This document shows, one piece after another, positions 29,308-39,777 of a DNA stretch of 64,000 nucleotides. How positions within the stretch are numbered: position 1 is the first letter of the stretch; each line of letters starts with the position of its first letter. Where the stretch lies: the NCBI GenBank assembly GCA_050951545.1, contig JBMNJG010000007.1, positions 352,001 through 416,000 of the forward strand, in the 5' to 3' direction. This DNA comes from Limnochordia bacterium (lineage in GTDB: Bacteria > Bacillota > Limnochordia > DTU080). The notes under the pieces are model-generated. The model did no database searches. It saw only the letters and a program-made list of their open reading frames with translations, and had not been told where the DNA came from. A program made the translations under genes and the position numbers.

Positions 29308-30615
29308 GTGTACCGTAGGCGGAGCATGAGCATGATCATTGGGGCGTGTTGTATCGGGTTGCTTTTCATGTGTTCGGCGCTATCGTTATCGGCAGAACCA
29401 GTGAAAATAGCGGTTATGCTGCGGGGCGATAGCTCTCAGCGTGAGGCGTTTGCCAAGGAGATCATCCCGGCGTTTGAAGCTCGTCATCCCGGTATCGTGG
29501 CAGAGTGGGAACCAACGGCATCCGGTTGGCAGCAACGGATGGTGGTTAGTTACGCGGCTGGAGTGGCTCCGGATGTCACGGAGATGTTCAGCACGTTTAG
29601 TCAAGAATGGGCTGAGGCGGGCATGCTTCTCGACCTTCGTCCGTACGTTCAGCGTGACTTGAAGGCCAGTGACATTAAAGATTTCTTCCCACAGATATGG
29701 AACGCGGGGGTGCTACAGCACGGTTCACTCAAAGGCATCATGTATGGAGTACCGCGCTACGTGAATCTGATCGGTTCGGTAGCCTATAACGTGAACAAGC
29801 TGGGGGCCGCTGGTCTGGCGCCCATTGAGACCTTGGACGCCCAAGGGCGTTGGAACTGGGAGTCTTTTCGGGAGTATCTGCTGAAGCTGACGCAGCGGGC
29901 ACCTGATGGGCGTACCACTCAGTGGGGGCTATGTGCGCCAAGTTCTCGCTGGTCTACGATGCTCTTGGCTGGTGGTGGACGTCTTTTCAACTATCCAGAA
30001 GACCCGTATGAGTTTATGCTCAATCGACCTGAAGCGATCCACGCCCTTGAGTATTGGCAGACGCTGTATGCCAACGACAGGGTGGTCTCTAATGCCTGGT
30101 GGACGACGTTTGAGAAGGGCGAAGCTGGTATAGATCTCACTGGATCTGAGGTCTATGGCAAGTGGGGATCAGAAGTCATTCGTGATCGTTTCGAATGGAA
30201 CTTAGCGCCTTTGCCCTTGGGACCAGCTGGACGCGGTTCCAGCAGCGCCAAGGATCAATACGGGATTATCGCTACGACCAAACATCCTAACGAAGCGTGG
30301 GCCTTCGTCAAGTTTTGCATCTCGCCTGAAGGCCAGCGGATCATGATGTCGAGCTCTGGTGTGATGCCCATGCGCTCATCACTGCTACGCGAGTTCGTCA
30401 AGCTCTTCCCAGGCAAGAACATGCAGTACATGGCCGACGTGGCGCCGCAGGCCTTTATAGACCAGAAGGCGGTTACGGTGGAGGCTAAGCGCGTGGTGGC
30501 TCTTATCGACAATGCAGTAAACGCCAGCGCCATTCGGAACGAGAAATCGGTTAAGCAAGCTATAGAGGAGATCACCCCACAAATTGAGGCTATTCTGCAA
30601 GGATTGCCGCGCTAA
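29308..30615 (+). CDS. Carbohydrate ABC transporter substrate-binding protein
   Basis: FEARHPGI, AAGVAPDV, MYGVP and HPNEAWAFVKF motifs; GAGGAGG RBS. Confidence 0.9.
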   Translation: MYRRRSMSMIIGACCIGLLFMCSALSLSAEPVKIAVMLRGDSSQREAFAKEIIPAFEARHPGIVAEWEPTASGWQQRMVVSYAAGVAPDVTEMFSTFSQEWAEAGMLLDLRPYVQRDLKASDIKDFFPQIWNAGVLQHGSLKGIMYGVPRYVNLIGSVAYNVNKLGAAGLAPIETLDAQGRWNWESFREYLLKLTQRAPDGRTTQWGLCAPSSRWSTMLLAGGGRLFNYPEDPYEFMLNRPEAIHALEYWQTLYANDRVVSNAWWTTFEKGEAGIDLTGSEVYGKWGSEVIRDRFEWNLAPLPLGPAGRGSSSAKDQYGIIATTKHPNEAWAFVKFCISPEGQRIMMSSSGVMPMRSSLLREFVKLFPGKNMQYMADVAPQAFIDQKAVTVEAKRVVALIDNAVNASAIRNEKSVKQAIEEITPQIEAILQGLPR

Positions 30616-30626
30616 GAGGTGTTTTT

Positions 30627-31718
30627 GTGCACGTTGGTGATGCGTTTGAGGCGGCGGGGTTCACCCCGCCGTTCAGCCCAGATAACTACACTCAGGTGCT
30701 TCGCAGGGCTTCGTATCAGCCCTATGCGTGTCGAGCTGAGAACTCCGACGAGGTAAGAGCTTGGCAGAGGGAATTCCGAGCCCATCTTCTTAGCCTACTA
30801 GGCATTCCCCGCATTGCAGAATGCGCTAAGGGGAGCAAGGGATCAGAACGGGCGATGGGCCAGGTCGAGGTTGAAGACCACATCCGAGAAGAGTGGCTGC
30901 TGGAGACTGAACCCGGATTCTGGGTTCCTTTCTACTTGTTGAAGCCTAAGGGCGTGACAGAACCACGCCCGCTTGTCCTGGCTACTCACGGCCATCTCAA
31001 GGAAGGCAGACATGTCTATGCTGGCCTTGCGGCCACCGAAGAGGAGTGCAAGGAGAACTCGGCCAAGGATCGTGATATCGCTGTGCAAGCGGTGCGCGAG
31101 GGTTACATAGCCATCGCCCCGGATATGCGCGGCCTTGGGAGCCTGAGGCGTCAGCCTGAAAAGGACAAGGATGCCAACAATTCCTGTGAGCGCCTGCAGA
31201 TGCAGGCTATGCTTTTTGGTCGAACCCTTCTGGGCGAGCGGGTCTGGGATGTCATGAAGCTGGTTGATTGGGCAGCCCAAAGAGACGACGTGGACAGCAG
31301 TCGCATTGCCATTACGGGTGGATCAGGTGGCGGCACGGTCAGCTTGTTTGCCGCGGCGTGCGACGAACGGATCTCTGCGGCTGTACCCGCCGCCTACTTC
31401 TGCAGTTTCGAGCACTCCATCGGATCAATTTACCATTGCGCGTGTAACTATGTCCCTGGCATTCTGGCTGCAGCAGAGATGTACGATGTGGCAGGTCTGA
31501 TCGCGCCAAGGCCGTTCCTAGCAGTTTCCGCCAAGAAAGACCCAATCTTTCCCTTTCCAGCGGCTCAGGAATCATTCGCTCGTTTGCGCCGCATCTATGA
31601 GGCCGCGGGTGTTGGCGACCGCTGTGAGTTTTTCGCGGCTGATGGAGGTCATCGCTACTACAAGGAGCCAGTGTGGCCCTTCATCAGACGCTGGTTTACA
31701 TCTTGCGATGCAGTATAA
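30627..31718 (+). CDS. Alpha/beta hydrolase (acetylxylan-esterase / dienelactone-hydrolase-like)
   Basis: PLVLATHGH, GYIAIAPDMRGLG, nucleophile elbow GGSGGG, LIAPRP, D(PIF) and GGH triad candidates. Confidence 0.85.
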   Translation: MHVGDAFEAAGFTPPFSPDNYTQVLRRASYQPYACRAENSDEVRAWQREFRAHLLSLLGIPRIAECAKGSKGSERAMGQVEVEDHIREEWLLETEPGFWVPFYLLKPKGVTEPRPLVLATHGHLKEGRHVYAGLAATEEECKENSAKDRDIAVQAVREGYIAIAPDMRGLGSLRRQPEKDKDANNSCERLQMQAMLFGRTLLGERVWDVMKLVDWAAQRDDVDSSRIAITGGSGGGTVSLFAAACDERISAAVPAAYFCSFEHSIGSIYHCACNYVPGILAAAEMYDVAGLIAPRPFLAVSAKKDPIFPFPAAQESFARLRRIYEAAGVGDRCEFFAADGGHRYYKEPVWPFIRRWFTSCDAV

Positions 31719-31783
31719 TGAACTAAAGAGTGCTTATATCGACGAGCTGCCTAGCAGGATCAACAGGGAAGGAGAAAAGAGCC

Positions 31784-32659
31784 ATGTTTATCGACATTCA
31801 TGTGCATACGCGTCGTATTCCTGGTCCGCCCAGGCGTGGTAAGCAGGCCTATGCAACGCCGGAACAGCTGTTGGACAGGTACGAACCTATCGGTGTGGAG
31901 AGCGCGGTCTTACTGCCTGGGGTTAACCCGGAGTGTTCATATGTGCCCCAGTCAAACCAAGAGATCCTGGAGATATGCGAGAAATACCCGGGTCGGTTCA
32001 TCCCTTTCTGCAATATAGATCCTCGGGCCGTGAGCAATTCGCCTGACGCTCCGCTTGATGAGCTCATGCTCTATTACGAGGAACAAGGTTATAAAGGTAT
32101 CGGCGAGGTTTGTGCCAACCTACCGTTTGAGCATCCCTTGGTCAGGAATCTCTTCAAGCACGCTGAGGCCGTTGGCTTTCCACTGACGTTTCACATCGCT
32201 GCTCAGATTGGCGGCATCTACGGCTTGTATGACGACCCAGGCCTTCCTCAGCTTGAGCGGAGCCTGCAGGACTTTCCGGGGCTGCGCTTTCTCGCCCATT
32301 CCCAGACGTTTTGGGCCGAAATGGCTCCGCTTGAAAACACGAGAGACCGCTACGGTTATCCGAAGTACCCAATCAAAGAAGAAGGGGTAGTCCCCAAGCT
32401 CTTCCGGCGCTACGAGAACCTTCTAGGTGATTTGTCTGCAGGTAGCGGGCATAACGCTCTGGCACGGGACGAAGCGTATGCTGTAGAGTTCCTCGACGAG
32501 TTTCAAGATCGGCTGTTCTTTGGCACAGACATATGTGCGCCAGATACTCCTACTCCCTTGGTGGATCTCCTTCTTCGGTTGCGGGATGAGAAGAAGATAA
32601 GTGAGACAGTTTTCGAGAAAGTGGCCAGGGGTAACGCCAAGAAGCTCTTCGGGATGTAA
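31784..32659 (+). CDS. Amidohydrolase family protein (Amidohydro_2-like)
   Basis: FIDIHVH, GIGEV, LTFH, FLAHS and FFGTD metal-binding motifs. Confidence 0.85.
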   Translation: MFIDIHVHTRRIPGPPRRGKQAYATPEQLLDRYEPIGVESAVLLPGVNPECSYVPQSNQEILEICEKYPGRFIPFCNIDPRAVSNSPDAPLDELMLYYEEQGYKGIGEVCANLPFEHPLVRNLFKHAEAVGFPLTFHIAAQIGGIYGLYDDPGLPQLERSLQDFPGLRFLAHSQTFWAEMAPLENTRDRYGYPKYPIKEEGVVPKLFRRYENLLGDLSAGSGHNALARDEAYAVEFLDEFQDRLFFGTDICAPDTPTPLVDLLLRLRDEKKISETVFEKVARGNAKKLFGM

Positions 32660-32734
32660 TGCTCGGTAACGGACGCGGCTGTCGCGACAGGGTTGATGCC
32701 CACGGCAGCCGCACTCTGCTCTTCTCCAGCAGAT

Positions 32735-33208
32735 CTACTGGATATTGTACATGCCGTGCTGGTTCATGTAGTTAAAGATACCCTCGCCGTGTTGCTGCTC
32801 TTCTTTCTGGATGTGCTGTAGCGTCTGTCGTACCGCAGGGTTCGCTGACTCGAAAATCGCCGTATCGTATGCTCCTGAGACGAATTTCTCTGTGGTTAGG
32901 GCATCTTGACAGAGCTGCGCATCTGGCTGGTTGCTTAGACCAGAACGCCCTCTCACTTGGGCACCCGGCGTTGACTGAAACTGCTGCCCTTGCTGCCCTG
33001 AGGACATATTGGGCTGCTGACCCTGGAGCAATTGCGTAATGCTGTTGTGGTGCTGTTGCTCGTGCGACCCATATTCGCGGAATAGTTGCTGCAGCGGTGG
33101 ATCCTGAGCTTGTTGCGCATAGTTGGCATACTTCGTGATACACAGCTCCTCATGATGTAGCATGTCCTGAAGGTACATTCGCTCTTTCTGTGAGAGCTGC
33201 ACGCCCAT
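32735..33208 (-). CDS. Spore-coat / ferritin-like (CotF-like) protein
   Basis: LSQKERMYLQD...EELCITKY...AQDPPL and DALTTEK...FESANPAVRQTLQHIQKEEQQHG...YMNQHGMY, joined by a Gln-rich linker. Confidence 0.8.
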   Translation of the reverse strand: MGVQLSQKERMYLQDMLHHEELCITKYANYAQQAQDPPLQQLFREYGSHEQQHHNSITQLLQGQQPNMSSGQQGQQFQSTPGAQVRGRSGLSNQPDAQLCQDALTTEKFVSGAYDTAIFESANPAVRQTLQHIQKEEQQHGEGIFNYMNQHGMYNIQ

Positions 33209-33306
33209 CGCTATCACCTCTTTCTGAGGATGTGTGGATCAGGCGCTTCTTATCCATGATCTCTGCTGGTCGAGGTTCCAGAATAGAAATGGAGGTAGAC
33301 AAAGCC

Positions 33307-34602
33307 ATGGGTAACAAGGTTGGGATTGGCAAACTTTTGGTGCTGCTTTTCGTTGGCATACTTCTGTGCACGAACACCGCCTTTGGGAAGACCAAGCTTC
33401 ATTATCGGTACAATTTCTACGGTGGACAGATCTTCAAGCAGGAAGCTATGGAAGAGATAGTCCAGACCTTCAACCGCTCTCATCCAGAGATCGAGGTCGA
33501 AGCCTTTGCCTTCCAGATTTCAGGAGGCTCAGCCTATGACCAGCTCGTCACGCTCATCATCTCGGGTGCTGCGCCCGATGTGGTGGAGATTGAGAACTCC
33601 GCAGTGATCGAGTTTGCTTCGCGAGGCTTGCTAGAGCCGCTAGACGAGCTTTACACTCGTGAGAAGCTTCTAGCGGATTTCTGGCCTGCCGATGCCATGG
33701 AAGACATCTGGCGGGGACGGGTATGGGGGATACCGAAGTACACGAACGTGCGAGGATTGGTCTGGAACGTCGGCATACTCGACGAGATCGGCATGAACTC
33801 GTCACGCGGCCCTACCACCTGGCTGGAGTTAGAGCAGCTGACACGGAAGGGCATGAAGACAAACGCTGACGGCAGCATCGTCCGCATGGGTTTCGTGCCT
33901 TTCCAGGGGTCATACGCGGTTGGCGGCTGGCTCTGGGCATTTGGGGGTGGCATCTACGACTGGAATACTGGCGAGCCGATCTTGGAGGCGGAAGCGAATG
34001 TAAGGGCGTGGGAGTGGATGCAGGAGTGGACCACTCGCTATCCGCCCCAGAACTTCAGATTCGCAACCCGTGGCACTAGTGGTGCCCATGGAAACTTCTT
34101 GGCGGGTTGCGTGGCCGCAGTGACGGCGGCAGACAACGGTGCTGCTCAGTTCTTGACTCTCGCTCCCGATCTGGGTTTTCTTACCGGGCGAGTGCCGTTC
34201 CCTGAAGGGGGGCGCAATGGTACCTGGGGTGGCGGTCTTGGCTGGGCCATTCCTAGGGGCTCCACACGTAACAAGCGGGAGGCCTTAGCGTTCATGCAGT
34301 GGCTAGCCACTGAGGGCGCACTCCTCAACTACGCGATGCGTGACGAGTTCCCCACGAACCGAGCAGTGGCACAGAAGGTCATCCGGACCCTGAAATCAGA
34401 CGATAAGCGCATCCCAATGCTCAACCAGATGGATGAGCGCAATCCACGTCCCCCCCTTTGGTCCAACGTTCACGGTCGGTTGACCTCGGTCTTCAATAGC
34501 AGCATCATTGGGGTCAGTCGCGGAAATCCACGGGAAGCACTAGCCAACCTGCAGCGCGAGTTCGTGCCTTTGTACGAGGCCATCCGGTTGGGTAGTGAGT
34601 AG
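33307..34602 (+). CDS. Carbohydrate ABC transporter substrate-binding protein
   Basis: FNRSHPEIEV, SGAAPDV, WGIP, PTTWLEL and GGGLGWAIP motifs; GGAGG RBS. Confidence 0.88.
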   Translation: MGNKVGIGKLLVLLFVGILLCTNTAFGKTKLHYRYNFYGGQIFKQEAMEEIVQTFNRSHPEIEVEAFAFQISGGSAYDQLVTLIISGAAPDVVEIENSAVIEFASRGLLEPLDELYTREKLLADFWPADAMEDIWRGRVWGIPKYTNVRGLVWNVGILDEIGMNSSRGPTTWLELEQLTRKGMKTNADGSIVRMGFVPFQGSYAVGGWLWAFGGGIYDWNTGEPILEAEANVRAWEWMQEWTTRYPPQNFRFATRGTSGAHGNFLAGCVAAVTAADNGAAQFLTLAPDLGFLTGRVPFPEGGRNGTWGGGLGWAIPRGSTRNKREALAFMQWLATEGALLNYAMRDEFPTNRAVAQKVIRTLKSDDKRIPMLNQMDERNPRPPLWSNVHGRLTSVFNSSIIGVSRGNPREALANLQREFVPLYEAIRLGSE

Positions 34603-34605
34603 ACA

Positions 34606-35997
34606 ATGACGGAGGAGAGTAGCGTGACAGACAACAAGACAGACAGGAACGTCACCAATGTGCGCGCTTTTGGGGCGCGGGGAGACGGGGTTCACGATGA
34701 TGCGGATGCTCTGGAAGCAGCCTTCGCGTCGGGCACAGGTCTGGTTTATCTGCCGCAGGGCAGATATAGAATTGGCCGCAGCATTCGGGTGGATCTGGGT
34801 CAGACTGGGCGGATCAGGGTAAAAGGTGCCGGGGCCACGATCGTGAATTGCGGCTCTGGTCCAGCCCTTGATGTGGTGGGTCATCACCTGGGTACAGCTG
34901 GGCCGGAGACGGTGACCAAGGAGACGTATCGCTTAGAAGTGATGCCTCTATTCGAAGGTTTTGAGATCGTCGGTGAGCATCCCGAGGCTGATGGTGTTCG
35001 CTTGGAGAACACCATCATGGCCACGTTTCAGGCGCTTCTTATTAGACGTTGCCGCTATGGCATCCATCTACTTAACAGGAATCGCAACGTGATCATTGCA
35101 GACTGTCACCTGTTCGACAATCTAGGCTTGGGCGTTTACCTCGAGAATGCGAATCTCCACCAGATCAATGTCTACGGTTGTCATATCCACGCGAATGCTG
35201 GCGGAGGCATTAAGGCCGAGGCCGGGCCCGGGGGCATACGCAACATCCAAATCGTTGGTAACGATATCGAGTATAACCATGCATCGGGTGGTCACGATGT
35301 TCACTTCGTGTGCGGGCCAGTCGGTGTGCGCGAAGGTACTATCGTGGGGAACACGATTCAGGCTACCGCCGGATGCGGCGGTGCCAACGTATGTATCGAG
35401 GGTCATGCGCCAAAGGGTTGTCTCAAGGGAGGCCTCATCTCGATTACTGGCAACCACATCTCCAACCAAGATGTAAACATCAAGATCACCCACAGCCGAG
35501 GTATAGCGATATCCGGGAACACGCTGATTCGGGGCACTAAGCGCAACATCCTGATCACGCATTCCGAGCATGTTGCTATAGGTCCCAACGTCTTGGATGA
35601 CAATCCTGACTACGGGGGCGATACACTGGGTGGGATCCATTTAGAGCACAGCCGCAACTGCACGGTGCAGGGCGTGGTCATGTCGAACCCTGCTGGCGGA
35701 GAAGCTACCAGGGGTGGTAGCATTGAAGCTGTGAATTGCTCAGGGTTAAACATCACGGGCTGTAACCTGAGCGATCCGCACGTGCGGGGCATCTCTTTGG
35801 AGAACGTATGTGATTCCCGTGTGTCGGATTGCGTGATCCTTGAGACTGGTGAGCCTCGAATGCGAGCGGCCATTGCGGAGACAGGCCAAAGCGACCGCAA
35901 CATGATTATGGGCAATCGCGTGAAGAGGGGCCTTAGGGCCGACATCTATACTGTGGGCGCTCAGACTCTAGTGACTGGTAACTTGTGTACGGATTAG
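34606..35997 (+). CDS. Right-handed parallel beta-helix (pectate-lyase-3-like) protein
   Basis: NVRAFGARGDGVHDDADAL...VYLPQGRY N-terminus and repeated I.GN.I beta-helix coils. Confidence 0.82.
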   Translation: MTEESSVTDNKTDRNVTNVRAFGARGDGVHDDADALEAAFASGTGLVYLPQGRYRIGRSIRVDLGQTGRIRVKGAGATIVNCGSGPALDVVGHHLGTAGPETVTKETYRLEVMPLFEGFEIVGEHPEADGVRLENTIMATFQALLIRRCRYGIHLLNRNRNVIIADCHLFDNLGLGVYLENANLHQINVYGCHIHANAGGGIKAEAGPGGIRNIQIVGNDIEYNHASGGHDVHFVCGPVGVREGTIVGNTIQATAGCGGANVCIEGHAPKGCLKGGLISITGNHISNQDVNIKITHSRGIAISGNTLIRGTKRNILITHSEHVAIGPNVLDDNPDYGGDTLGGIHLEHSRNCTVQGVVMSNPAGGEATRGGSIEAVNCSGLNITGCNLSDPHVRGISLENVCDSRVSDCVILETGEPRMRAAIAETGQSDRNMIMGNRVKRGLRADIYTVGAQTLVTGNLCTD

Positions 35998-36018
35998 GTG
36001 TACAGATCTTGACCTACT

Positions 36019-36057
36019 AACGAGCCCGGCCGCTTGGCGACCGGGCTCGTTGTTTTC
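36019..36057. terminator. Intrinsic terminator
   Basis: AACGAGCCCGG / CCGGGCTCGTT stem followed by GTTTT. Confidence 0.8.
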
Positions 36058-36087
36058 TAGCCTAGTGCTGATGCGCATCGAAGCCCG

Positions 36088-37218
36088 TTATTCCTGACCG
36101 CCCAGGGATCGAGCTACCTCTTGCAGCTGGGCGATGATCGGAATCCTCTGGGGGCACTTTGGTTCGCAGGTGCCACACTCTTGGCACGCCTCGGCTTTGA
36201 GGCCGGAATCGCCGCCCAGTTTGGCATAAAGGGACCTTGCGTAATCGGTCAGACCGTAGACGCGATGGTAGTTCATGATCTTGAAGTTCTGCGCTATGTT
36301 GACACCATGGGGGCAGGGCATACAGTACTCACAGCCAGTGCAGTACAGCGCGGCAAGCTCCTTGTTGCGCCTGAGCGCTTCGTCGATAGCTTGATGCTCT
36401 TCAGGGCTCAGCGCTTCAACGAGGGAAGCGACTGCTGCGTTCTCCTCGACCATCTGTACGGTGTTCATGCCCGACAGGGCCACGTTTACGTGGGGATTGG
36501 CAAACACAAAGCGCAGGGCAGTCTCTGCGGTGCTCTTGGCCCCTGGAGCCAGGCCAGTGATGATCTCCGACGGATGTGCGAGGCGACCGCCACCGACCGG
36601 ACCCATGATGCAAACAGCGACACCTTTGGAGGCGGCATAGGCGATCATCTCTTCGTTACTGCGGTCCAATAAGTTGTACTGACACAACACAGAGGTCATC
36701 TGTGCGGAATCGATGATCTCCTTCATCACAACAGGGCGGTCGTGAAACGAGAAGGAGCAATACCTGATAAGCCCCTCGTCCTTCGCTTTGGCCACCTCGT
36801 CAAAGAGGTTGAGACCGAGTACTTTCTCGCGGTACACCGTGCCGTTAAGCGCATGGAAGTGATAGAAATCGATGTGGTCGGTGTCTAGTTTCCGAAGCTG
36901 CTCTTCGAGAAGACGGCGGTAGTCACTTGGCTTTGACACATGGCCCATGGGGCACTTTGTGGAGAGGTAGACCTTATCTCGCCAGCCCTTTAGAGCTTTG
37001 CCCACCGCAATCTCACTAGTGCCGTTACAGTAACCGTAGGCGGTGTCAATGTAGTTGACTCCGAGTTCAAATGCTCGGTGGATAATCTGCAGAGCCTTGT
37101 CATAGTCGACATGGTCTTTGTCCGCGCCGTCTGCCATGGGCAATCTCATGGCCCCAAATCCTAGACGTGACAGCACTATGCCAGTGTTACCAAACGGTTT
37201 GTATTGCACGCTTGTCAC
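36088..37218 (-). CDS. Aldo/keto reductase with C-terminal 4Fe-4S dicluster domain
   Basis: LGFGAMRLP, GVNYIDTAYGY, CTGCEYCMPCP and CQECGTCEPKCPQ. Confidence 0.9.
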   Translation of the reverse strand: MTSVQYKPFGNTGIVLSRLGFGAMRLPMADGADKDHVDYDKALQIIHRAFELGVNYIDTAYGYCNGTSEIAVGKALKGWRDKVYLSTKCPMGHVSKPSDYRRLLEEQLRKLDTDHIDFYHFHALNGTVYREKVLGLNLFDEVAKAKDEGLIRYCSFSFHDRPVVMKEIIDSAQMTSVLCQYNLLDRSNEEMIAYAASKGVAVCIMGPVGGGRLAHPSEIITGLAPGAKSTAETALRFVFANPHVNVALSGMNTVQMVEENAAVASLVEALSPEEHQAIDEALRRNKELAALYCTGCEYCMPCPHGVNIAQNFKIMNYHRVYGLTDYARSLYAKLGGDSGLKAEACQECGTCEPKCPQRIPIIAQLQEVARSLGGQE

Positions 37219-37527
37219 CTCGTTAATCGGTCAGATCGCTGTTGCCGGATTGCCGTTCGCAATATAAACCATTTCCCTGCGAGCAGGCATCTTCCTCCCT
37301 AAGGATCGTGTTACGCTGTAGGAATGTCGGCGGCTGCTCTCAGTTGGTCGTCGACACGCGTACCCCTTTTCTCGCTTCGATACGTGTGGGGGCAGGATGA
37401 CACAGGACATCTGGAGCCCGTGTCGAAAAAGCAATGCAGTTGTCTGAGATGCGGCACGCAGCAGTACGTCCAGTGCACATGAGCGTGCGGCAAAGACTCC
37501 AATGTCAGGATGGGGGTAGCCAGCTTT

Positions 37528-38616
37528 ATGCGGAAGTTCAAGGTGGGAATCATCGGTGTAGGCGGAATCGCCAACGGCAAGCACATGCCCGCTCTATCGA
37601 AGCTAAGCAACGTAGAGATCGTAGCGTTCTGTGACATCATCAAAGAGAGGGCCGTTGAGGGAGCGAAGAAGTACGGTGCGCCTGATGCCAAGGTGTACAC
37701 AGACTATCGTGACCTGGTGGCGCGAAAAGATATCGATGTTGTGCATGTATGTACACCGAATCTTTATCACTCTGAGATGGCGGTAGCGGCGCTTGAGTCG
37801 GGCAAGCATGTGATGTGTGAGAAACCCATGGCTATCGACTACGCTGGTGCCAAAGCTATGGTGGAGGCGTCCAAGCGCACGGGCAAGAAGCTGACAGTAG
37901 GCTATCAGAGCAGGTATCGTCCAGATTCCTCGTACCTCAAGAGCTACATTGACGATGGCGGTCTGGGCGAGATCTACTTCGCTAAGGCCATTGCTGTCCG
38001 GCGCCGAGCTGTCCCGACGTGGGGGGTCTTCCTCGACGAGGAGAAGCAGGGCGGGGGTCCGTTGATCGACATTGGTACGCATGCTCTCGACCTTACCCTC
38101 TGGTTCATGAACAACTACAGGTGGGAGTCGGTCATGGGCAGCAGCTACAAGAAGCTAAGCCAGCGCGAGAACGCGGCCAATGCTTGGGGACCATGGGATC
38201 CGAAGAAGTACACCGTCGAGGACTCTGCCTTCGGTTTTGTCCGTTTTGAGGATGGTGCCACAGTGATCCTTGAGTCAAGCTGGGCGCTAAACACGCTGCA
38301 GGTGGCTGAGGCTGTGAGCTTGGTGTGCGGCACCGAGGGCGGTGCTGACTTCGCTGATGGGTTGCGGATCAATGGCGAGAAGTACAGCCGACTGTACACC
38401 ATTAAGCCTGAACTCAAGAGCGGTGGGGTGGCCTTCTACGAGGGCCGGTCAGAGACACCACAGGATGTCGAGGCGCGTCTGTTCTACCAAGCCATTGCCG
38501 ATGACACGGATCCAGTAGTACTGCCTGAGCAGGCAGCGGTGGTCACCCAGATTCTCGAAGCGATCTATGAGTCTGCCAAGACAGGCAAGCCAGTTTACAA
38601 CCCTGATCTGGCCTAG
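37528..38616 (+). CDS. Gfo/Idh/MocA oxidoreductase
   Basis: VGIIGVGGIA, GKHVMCEKP, GGGPLIDIGTHALD. Confidence 0.92.
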   Translation: MRKFKVGIIGVGGIANGKHMPALSKLSNVEIVAFCDIIKERAVEGAKKYGAPDAKVYTDYRDLVARKDIDVVHVCTPNLYHSEMAVAALESGKHVMCEKPMAIDYAGAKAMVEASKRTGKKLTVGYQSRYRPDSSYLKSYIDDGGLGEIYFAKAIAVRRRAVPTWGVFLDEEKQGGGPLIDIGTHALDLTLWFMNNYRWESVMGSSYKKLSQRENAANAWGPWDPKKYTVEDSAFGFVRFEDGATVILESSWALNTLQVAEAVSLVCGTEGGADFADGLRINGEKYSRLYTIKPELKSGGVAFYEGRSETPQDVEARLFYQAIADDTDPVVLPEQAAVVTQILEAIYESAKTGKPVYNPDLA

Positions 38617-38739
38617 GAGTCGTGGAGCGCTTGACTCGTGGCGGTGGCTGGGGAGCACAACCACCGCCACGCCTATCATACGCCACCGACCGTGTGTGCC
38701 TTTCAGCGGAAGCGCATGGTCGTAGATAGCGAGCCGAGC

Positions 38740-38769
38740 TTGACCTATCGTTGTTTCATCATCTAGAAT
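38740..38769 (+). promoter_or_regulatory. SigmaA-like promoter
   Basis: TTGACC-18 nt-TAGAAT upstream of the NitT/TauT genes. Confidence 0.5.
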
Positions 38770-38799
38770 CTACTTGAGCTTCAGGTCGGACCTGTTGAC

Positions 38800-39777
38800 A
38801 TGAACTGGGGGTTTGAGCTCGTGCGTGGACTGTTTCGAGGCGCCGTTCCTTTCCTGACAATCGCCTTGTTAGTGGTCGGATGGGTACACACGGGGTACTG
38901 CGCCCCTGCGCAGGTGCGGGTGCTGGCACCGCCAGGCTTTGCTGCGCTGCCTTTGCTTTGGGCGCAAGAGACGGGGGCATTACCGCAAGTTGATCTCAAG
39001 ATCGATCTCTCACCCGATCATCAGCGATCGTTAAACCTGCTTGCCACTGGCCAGGGTGAGTTTCTCATTACGGGCCTCAATGTAGGCGCCAAGGCCTATG
39101 CGAAAGGTATCGGCTTGCAGCTGGTCAATGTCAATACGTGGGCGATCGATTATGTCGTGGCTCGAGACTCCAAAATCAAGAGCTGGGCAGACCTCGTTGG
39201 CAAGCGTGTCAGCCTTCCTTTGCAGGGAGGACCCTTGGATTTTCTCGTACAGTATCTGGTGGCTCGTGAAGGCATAGACCCGAACAAGATCCAGTATGTC
39301 TACACCTCCGTCCCCCAGTCTGTGCAGTTTTTCGCGCTAGGGCAGCTCGATGCAGTGGTGATTCCGGAACCGCAAGTGTCCCGGGTGCTGCAGTCAGACG
39401 CCAAGGCGAGAATTGTGTTGGATATCCAGAAAGAGTGGGCGAAATGGCACCGGGGTGATCCGGATGTGCCCTACGTGGCGCTTTTCGTGCGTACGTCGTA
39501 TGCGAAGCAGTACCCGGAGTTGGCCGACCAGGTAGCCCAGGCCTATGCCAAGGGTGTAGACTGGATGAACGCCAATCCACAAGCAGCGGCCAAACTGGGA
39601 GCGCGCACGTTGGGATTACCTGAAGCAGTAGTGCAGCAAGCTTTGACGCGGACCAAGATGCGGGTCTATGATCGGGCGCGTACCAAGGCCTTGACTCATG
39701 AGCATCTCGAAGAGATGCTGGAGTTCAGTGCCGATTTGGTGGGAGGCCGCGTTCCTGATGATGGGTTCTACCGCTAG
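38800..39777 (+). CDS. NitT/TauT-type ABC substrate-binding protein
   Basis: IKSWADLVGKRV, LDAVVIPEP, C-terminal VPDDGFY. Confidence 0.8.
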   Translation: MNWGFELVRGLFRGAVPFLTIALLVVGWVHTGYCAPAQVRVLAPPGFAALPLLWAQETGALPQVDLKIDLSPDHQRSLNLLATGQGEFLITGLNVGAKAYAKGIGLQLVNVNTWAIDYVVARDSKIKSWADLVGKRVSLPLQGGPLDFLVQYLVAREGIDPNKIQYVYTSVPQSVQFFALGQLDAVVIPEPQVSRVLQSDAKARIVLDIQKEWAKWHRGDPDVPYVALFVRTSYAKQYPELADQVAQAYAKGVDWMNANPQAAAKLGARTLGLPEAVVQQALTRTKMRVYDRARTKALTHEHLEEMLEFSADLVGGRVPDDGFYR

